Of a DNA stretch of 64,000 bases, positions 58,624-64,000 are shown piece by piece. This DNA is from Planctomycetota bacterium (GTDB taxonomy: Bacteria > Planctomycetota > UBA1135 > UBA2386): the NCBI GenBank assembly GCA_965228735.1, contig OZ245838.1, positions 5,280,001-5,344,000 on the forward strand. The letters are read 5' to 3'. The notes below the pieces were generated by a model, which searched no databases, had not been told where the DNA came from, and saw only the letters and a list, made by a program, of their open reading frames with translations. The translations under genes were made by a program, and so were the position numbers. The stretch's first letter is position 1. Each line of letters starts with the position of its first letter.

Positions 58624-59829
58624 ATGAGTCGCTCCGAGAAAGTCGAGTTCGACAACCGCCGCGGCGCCACGCTCGCCGGCCGCCTCGAGCTGCCGCCGAC
58701 CGCGCCGCGCGCGTTCGCGTTGTTCGCCCACTGCTTCACGTGCGGCAAGGACATCGCCGCGGCGACGCGCATCACGCGCGCGCTCGCCAGCAAGGGGTTC
58801 GGCGTCCTGCGGTTCGACTTCACCGGCCTCGGCAACAGCGGCGGCGACTTCGCGAACGAGAACTTCTCGTCCAACGTCGACGACCTCGTGGCGGCCGCGA
58901 ATTGGCTCGGCAAGCGGCACGCGACCCCGAAGCTGCTCGTCGGTCACAGTCTCGGGGGAGCTGCCGTGCTCGCCGCGGCGGGGCGCCTGCCCGACGTCGA
59001 GGCCGTCGTGACGATCGGAGCACCGAGTCATCCGGAACACGTCACGCACCTGCTCACGGACGACATCGAAACGATCAAACGCGAGGGCGAGGCCGAGGTC
59101 GCGCTCGCGGGGCGGCCGTTCCGGATCCAGAAGCAGTTCCTCGACGACCTCGAGCAGCAGGAAGTGCGCGGGAGCCTGGCAAAGCTCGGCAAGGCCACCC
59201 TGATCCTGCACAGTCCGCAGGACGACATCGTCGGTGTCGATCAGGCGCGTCGAATCTACGCGCAGCTCGAGCACCCGAAGAGTTTCGTGTCGCTCGACGA
59301 CGCCGATCATCTGCTGACGCGACGCGCGGACTCGAGCTACGTCGCGGACGTGATCAGCGCCTGGGCCGGCCGCTACCTGCCGCCGATCGACCACCCGGAC
59401 ACCGAGGGCGGCGCGGTGCGCGTCACGGGCCGCGGCGACTCGTTCTTGCAGCAGGTCACGGCCGGCCCGCACGACTGGCTCGCGGACGAACCGAAGAAGG
59501 TCGGCGGCGACGACCTTGGACCGACGCCCTACGACCTCCTGCTCGCTGCGCTCGGGACCTGCACGTCGATGACGCTCGGGATGTATGCGCGGCACAAGCA
59601 GCTGCCGCTCGAGTCCGTCACGGTCGAGCTGGAGCACGATCGGATCCACGCGGAGGATTGCGAGGACTGCGAGAAGACCACGGGCAAGATCGACCGGATT
59701 CGCCGCGTCCTCACGATCGAGGGTGACCTAGACGATGCGCAGCGTCAGCGCCTGCTCGAGATCGCGGACCGCTGCCCCGTGCACAAGACGCTCGAGAACG
59801 AGATCAAGGTCGAGACGCGGCTCGATTGA
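58624..59829 (+). CDS. Bifunctional alpha/beta hydrolase / OsmC family protein
   Basis: FAHCFTCGKD, GHSLGG, ADEPKKVGGDDLGPTPY, LGTC, ADRCPVH. Confidence 0.93.
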   Translation: MSRSEKVEFDNRRGATLAGRLELPPTAPRAFALFAHCFTCGKDIAAATRITRALASKGFGVLRFDFTGLGNSGGDFANENFSSNVDDLVAAANWLGKRHATPKLLVGHSLGGAAVLAAAGRLPDVEAVVTIGAPSHPEHVTHLLTDDIETIKREGEAEVALAGRPFRIQKQFLDDLEQQEVRGSLAKLGKATLILHSPQDDIVGVDQARRIYAQLEHPKSFVSLDDADHLLTRRADSSYVADVISAWAGRYLPPIDHPDTEGGAVRVTGRGDSFLQQVTAGPHDWLADEPKKVGGDDLGPTPYDLLLAALGTCTSMTLGMYARHKQLPLESVTVELEHDRIHAEDCEDCEKTTGKIDRIRRVLTIEGDLDDAQRQRLLEIADRCPVHKTLENEIKVETRLD

Positions 59830-59880
59830 ACCGGCTCGACTGAATCGGGCTCGTGCGGAGATTGGGCTCGTTTGAACCGG
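59819..59880. repeat. Three degenerate ~16-bp repeats at a gene end
   Basis: GGCTCGATTGAACCGG, GGCTCGACTGAATCGG, GGCTCGTTTGAACCGG. Confidence 0.7.
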
Positions 59881-59917
59881 GACGACGAGGCGCCCGTTCT
59901 CTCGCGCGGAGGTCCCG

Positions 59918-60442
59918 ATGTCCCAGCCCCGCCCGAGCCAGCCCGCCGATCCGCGCGACACCGCGGAGAAGCCCGACATGACGCCGATGATCGACGTCGT
60001 GTTCCTCATGATCATCTTCTTCCTCTGCATCGACTTCCGGGTGCTCGAGGCGAAGCTGCCCGCGTTCTTGCCGAAGGACCGGGGCGGCTCGCACGCCCTC
60101 GTTCATCTGGTCGACCAGCTCGTCGTGCGGATCGAGCCAGTGGATCGCGGCACGCCCGTTCCCGAGCCGGACGGTGGGCGCTACCGGCTGACCGGACGGC
60201 AGGTGCGTTGGCGCGTCGGGCCCAGGCCCGTGCACAGCCTCGACGCGCTGTCGGCCGAACTGCAACGGGTCGCGGCATCGCCGAGCGCCCGCGTGCCGGA
60301 TCCCGATACCGGGGAGCTCGTGCTGCTCGATGCGCTCGTCGAGCCGCTCGCGGGTTCTTGTTACGCCGATGTCACCGCGGTGACGGACCGGCTCTACGCG
60401 GCCGGGTTCGAGGACATCCACTACGCGGGCGGGATTCGCTGA
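59918..60442 (+). CDS. ExbD/TolR family protein
   Basis: DMTPMIDVVFLMIIFF; GGAGG upstream. Confidence 0.85.
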   Translation: MSQPRPSQPADPRDTAEKPDMTPMIDVVFLMIIFFLCIDFRVLEAKLPAFLPKDRGGSHALVHLVDQLVVRIEPVDRGTPVPEPDGGRYRLTGRQVRWRVGPRPVHSLDALSAELQRVAASPSARVPDPDTGELVLLDALVEPLAGSCYADVTAVTDRLYAAGFEDIHYAGGIR

Positions 60443-60498
60443 CGCGCGAGCACGGGAAACGACGACCCGGCGCCGTTGTCGCATAGACTGCGGCGGCC

Positions 60499-62334
60499 AT
60501 GTCGTGCCGCTCTCTGCTGCTCACGTTCGCCGTCGGCACGTTGCCGATCGCGGCGGCGATGGCCCAGGGCGCCGGTGCTCCCGAGCGGCCCGCGGTGCCG
60601 GCCCTCGTCGAACGCTTCTGTGCCGAGTGCCATGCCGGGCCCGACGCGGATCGCGACCTGGACGTCACGACGTTCTTCGGCCCGCAGCATGATGCGGTGG
60701 CTGCAGGTCCGTTCGTCGAGAAGCTCGATCTCGTCGTGCGCCGGGTGCGTGGTCGCACGATGCCGCCGCCCGATGCCGACGAACTGCCGACGGCAGATGA
60801 GCGGCGCGCACTCATCGCCGAGTTCGCTCGTCTCGCGCCGCGGCGCCCCGGCGCGCGGATCGCCACGATGCGTCGCCTCACGCGTCGGCAGTACGAACGC
60901 AGCGTGGTCGCGCTCTTCGGCCTGCCGTGGCGCGCGCGCGACCTGCTGCCCGACGACGCGACCGCGCACGGGTTCGAGGGCGTCGGCGACGTGCAGAACG
61001 TCTCGCCGTTGATGTTCGAGAAATACCTGGACGCCGCGAACGACGTGGCGACCGGCGTGCTCGGCGATACGGCGGCGACGGCGCGGGTGTTCCGTGACGG
61101 CGTCGAGCTGGCTGCTGCGCTGCGTTCGTTGCTCGCCCGGGCGTACCGCCGCCCCGTTGCTGCGGACGAGGTTGCCGGCCTCGTCGCCGACCACGCGGCG
61201 ATGTTGGCGCGAGGGCTCGACGAGCCGCAGGCGCGGCACGCTCTGCTGCGGGCGATCCTCGCGTCGCCGAGCTTCCTGTTTCGAGCGGAGACCGGGCAGG
61301 TCGACGCCCCGCAGTTGTTGACCGCGCACGAGGTCGCCGCGCGCCTGGCGTTCATGCTCACGGCCGGCCCGCCCGATGCGGAGCTGCGCGCGTTGGCAGA
61401 TGACGGTTCCTTGCTCGAGCCCGAGGTCCTCGAGGCCGCGGCGCTGCGGCTCGCGCGTTCGAACGATCGTGGCTTTGCCGAGGACTTCGCGGCGCAGTGG
61501 TTCGGGCTGCGTGACGTGCTCACGCATACCGCGGACTTCCGGCGCTTTCCCGCGATCTGGAACAACAAGCTGCGGCCCGCGCTCTACGAAGAAGCCGTCC
61601 GGATGTTCGCGTTCGTCGTCAGCGCCGATCGCAGCGTGCTCGAGCTGTTGAACGCCGATTACGTGTTCGTCAACGAGACGCTCGCGAAGCACTACGGCGT
61701 CGAGCTCGCGGAGAACGGGGGCGGGTGGCACCGACTCCCGACCGCGAACCCGCGCCGCGGCGGCATCCTCGGCGCGGGCGCGATGCTGATGACGACGTCG
61801 TACGCGTTGCGCACGAGCCCGGTGAAGCGCGGCGAGTGGATCCTCACACGGCTGCTGGATGCGCCGCCGCCGCCACCGCCGGCGGACGCCGGAGTCCTGC
61901 CCAAGGACGACAAGAACGATCAGGGGCGCACGCTGCGCGAGCAGCTCGAGCATCACCGACGCGAGCGGCGCTGCGCCGGTTGTCACGCGGAGATGGACGC
62001 GCTCGGTTTCGCGCTCGAGCACTTCGATCCGCTCGGGCGCTGGCGCGACGAAGTGCACGGCAAGCCGGTCGACGCCGTTGCCGAGTTGCCCGACGGCACG
62101 ATCATCGACGGACCTGTCGCGCTCAAGACCGCGCTCCTTGCGCGCGGCGACGACTTCATCCGGACGTTCGCGAAGAAGCTGCTCGTCCACGGTGTCGGTC
62201 GTGACATGATGCTGGCGGACGAGCCCGAGCTCGGCCGGATCGTCGCCGCTACGCGCGCGGGCGAGGACCGGTTCTCCGCGCTGCTCACGGCCATCGTCAC
62301 GTCACCGTTGTTCCTCATGCGCGACCCCGACTGA
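60499..62334 (+). CDS. DUF1592/DUF1588 cytochrome-c-like protein
   Basis: CAECH, MPP, RRLTRRQY, SPSFLF, TSPVKRGEW, CAGCH. Confidence 0.9.
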   Translation: MSCRSLLLTFAVGTLPIAAAMAQGAGAPERPAVPALVERFCAECHAGPDADRDLDVTTFFGPQHDAVAAGPFVEKLDLVVRRVRGRTMPPPDADELPTADERRALIAEFARLAPRRPGARIATMRRLTRRQYERSVVALFGLPWRARDLLPDDATAHGFEGVGDVQNVSPLMFEKYLDAANDVATGVLGDTAATARVFRDGVELAAALRSLLARAYRRPVAADEVAGLVADHAAMLARGLDEPQARHALLRAILASPSFLFRAETGQVDAPQLLTAHEVAARLAFMLTAGPPDAELRALADDGSLLEPEVLEAAALRLARSNDRGFAEDFAAQWFGLRDVLTHTADFRRFPAIWNNKLRPALYEEAVRMFAFVVSADRSVLELLNADYVFVNETLAKHYGVELAENGGGWHRLPTANPRRGGILGAGAMLMTTSYALRTSPVKRGEWILTRLLDAPPPPPPADAGVLPKDDKNDQGRTLREQLEHHRRERRCAGCHAEMDALGFALEHFDPLGRWRDEVHGKPVDAVAELPDGTIIDGPVALKTALLARGDDFIRTFAKKLLVHGVGRDMMLADEPELGRIVAATRAGEDRFSALLTAIVTSPLFLMRDPD

Positions 62335-62352
62335 CGGAGACCACGAAGAGCC

Positions 62353-63687
62353 ATGACGATTCGAACGCTTGGCCGCCGAACGTTCCTGCGCGCCGCCGGG
62401 GTGACGTTTGCGTTGCCATGGCTCGAGACCATCGCCGCGCGGCTGCCGCAGCCGTGGCGCGAACCCCCGCGGCGGTTGTGCATCGTCGTCACGCCCAACG
62501 GCATGCTGCCGTCCGCGTGGCATCCCGCGCGGCGTTCCGACGGCGACGCGGGTGCGGCTGGCCCCGACGCGCCGGCGTGGATGCCGTCCTTCACGCTCGC
62601 GCCGCTGCTGTCGCACGCCGAGCGCATCGGCGTGTTCACCGGCCTCGCGAATCGCGGCAGCTTCACCGGGGACGGCCACTACGCCAAGGTCGCGCCACTC
62701 CTCACGGGCGCGAAGATCCGGCGCACGGGCGGGCGCGATCTGCAGAACGGCGTCTCCTGCGATCAGCTCGCCGCGCGTCAGATCGGCGGCCGCACGCTGC
62801 TACCGTCGATGGAGCTCGGGTGCGATCCGATCTACCCGGTCGAGGACATGGGCTACTCGACCGTCTACGGCGGCCACATTGCGTGGAGCGCGCCCGATCG
62901 ACCCGTGCTCAAGGAGATCGTGCCGCGGCAGGCGTTCGATCGCCTCTTCCGCAGCCGCCGGCTCGCGGCGGACGAGGCGCGCGACAGCGTGCTGGATGCG
63001 ATCCGCCGCGACAGCAAGCGGCTGGCGCAGCGGCTGTCGCAGAGCGACCGTCGCAAGCTCGAGGAGTACGAAGACGCGGTGCGGGCGGTCGAGCGCCGCA
63101 TCGAAGCCGCGGCCACGATCGCCGATGTCGATGCGCTGGATCCGGCGAGCGTACCCGAGTCCGTGCGCACGGCAGGGGCTCGCCCGGCCGACTACCCGAC
63201 CCACGTCGAGCTCATGTTCGACCTCATCGCGCTCGCGTTCCGCAGCGACGCGACGCGGATCGTCACGTTCCTCATGGCCAACGAGGTGTCGGGCCGGCGC
63301 TTCGGTTGGCTCGAGGGGTGCGGCGGCAACTTCCACGAGTATTCGCACCACCAGGGCAAGAAGAGCAAGCAGGAGCCGTATCGACGGATCAACCGCTGGC
63401 ACGTCGAACGGTTCGGCGGGCTGCTGGATCGGCTGGCCGCGATCCCCGAGGGCGAGGCCGGCGACGCGCTGCTCGATCACTCCTCGATCGTGCTGGCTGC
63501 CGCGATGAGCGACGGCAATCGCCACTCACCGCACGACCTCCCGATCGTCGTCGCGGGCGGCGGCTACCCGATCGGCCGGATCCAGTCGCCGAATGACACG
63601 CCGCTGTGCCGGCTCTGGCTGTCGTTGCTGCAACGCACCGGGGTCGCCGTCGACCGCTTCGCCGACGCTGACGAACCGCTCTTCTGA
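62353..63687 (+). CDS. DUF1552 domain protein
   Basis: LGRRTFLRAAGVTFALPWLE, PNGM, SCDQLAA, DATRIVTF, SDGNRH. Confidence 0.9.
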   Translation: MTIRTLGRRTFLRAAGVTFALPWLETIAARLPQPWREPPRRLCIVVTPNGMLPSAWHPARRSDGDAGAAGPDAPAWMPSFTLAPLLSHAERIGVFTGLANRGSFTGDGHYAKVAPLLTGAKIRRTGGRDLQNGVSCDQLAARQIGGRTLLPSMELGCDPIYPVEDMGYSTVYGGHIAWSAPDRPVLKEIVPRQAFDRLFRSRRLAADEARDSVLDAIRRDSKRLAQRLSQSDRRKLEEYEDAVRAVERRIEAAATIADVDALDPASVPESVRTAGARPADYPTHVELMFDLIALAFRSDATRIVTFLMANEVSGRRFGWLEGCGGNFHEYSHHQGKKSKQEPYRRINRWHVERFGGLLDRLAAIPEGEAGDALLDHSSIVLAAAMSDGNRHSPHDLPIVVAGGGYPIGRIQSPNDTPLCRLWLSLLQRTGVAVDRFADADEPLF

Positions 63688-63788
63688 GCAAGGTTGCCCG
63701 CGAAGCGGCAGACTGTTTCGAGGTTGGCGGTGAGGCTCGCGCTCGACACGGTCGCGCGTTCACCTACCGTCGCGGCCAGATGTCGAGC

Positions 63789-64000
63789 ATGCAGAGGAAC
63801 GAATTGGATCGAATCGTCACGCACCCGGGCGGGGCCCACAAGGACGACCTGCTGGCGTGTTGCGTGCTCGTCGCCGCGCATGGTTGCCCCGTCGAGCGGC
63901 GGGATCCGACCGCTGAAGAGCTCGCGAGCCCGACCGTCGCCACCGTCGACATCGGCGGGTCGCACGACCCGGCGCTGCACAACTACGACCACCACCACTT
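63789..64000 (+). CDS. MYG1 family protein, 3'-partial (absent from ORF track)
   Basis: Hand translation MQRNELDRIVTHPGGAHKDDLLACC...VDIGGSHDPALHNYDHH matches MYG1 motifs TH-G-H-DD, DxGG and DHH. Confidence 0.85.
   Translation, partial: MQRNELDRIVTHPGGAHKDDLLACCVLVAAHGCPVERRDPTAEELASPTVATVDIGGSHDPALHNYDHHH

Overview
High-GC bacterial chromosomal window, densely coding (~50 genes). Gene content points to Planctomycetota (inference): two DUF1592/DUF1552 pairs, an ECF sigma-Ser/Thr kinase pair, ECF sigmas fused to large extracytoplasmic regions, DUF1080 and ELWxxDGT proteins. Most genes are accessory or secreted hydrolases and regulators, with a few housekeeping genes (long-form GAPDH, ptrB, acyP). 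No rRNA, tRNA, CRISPR array or transposase was recognised. Best finding: an AhpC/TSA redoxin split by an in-frame TGA at the catalytic Cys position (UxxC) and followed by a SECIS-like hairpin, i.e. a probable selenoprotein missed by the ORF track. Also notable: an orphan two-gene module (QGELF clamp-motif-like tail plus putative wHTH protein) followed by 40-bp repeats; a recurrent unannotated C-terminal domain on three secreted proteins; short tandem repeats at several gene 3' ends; two gene fragments; and at least two 1-bp frameshifts that may be sequencing errors. All family calls are from motif recognition by eye, not database searches.
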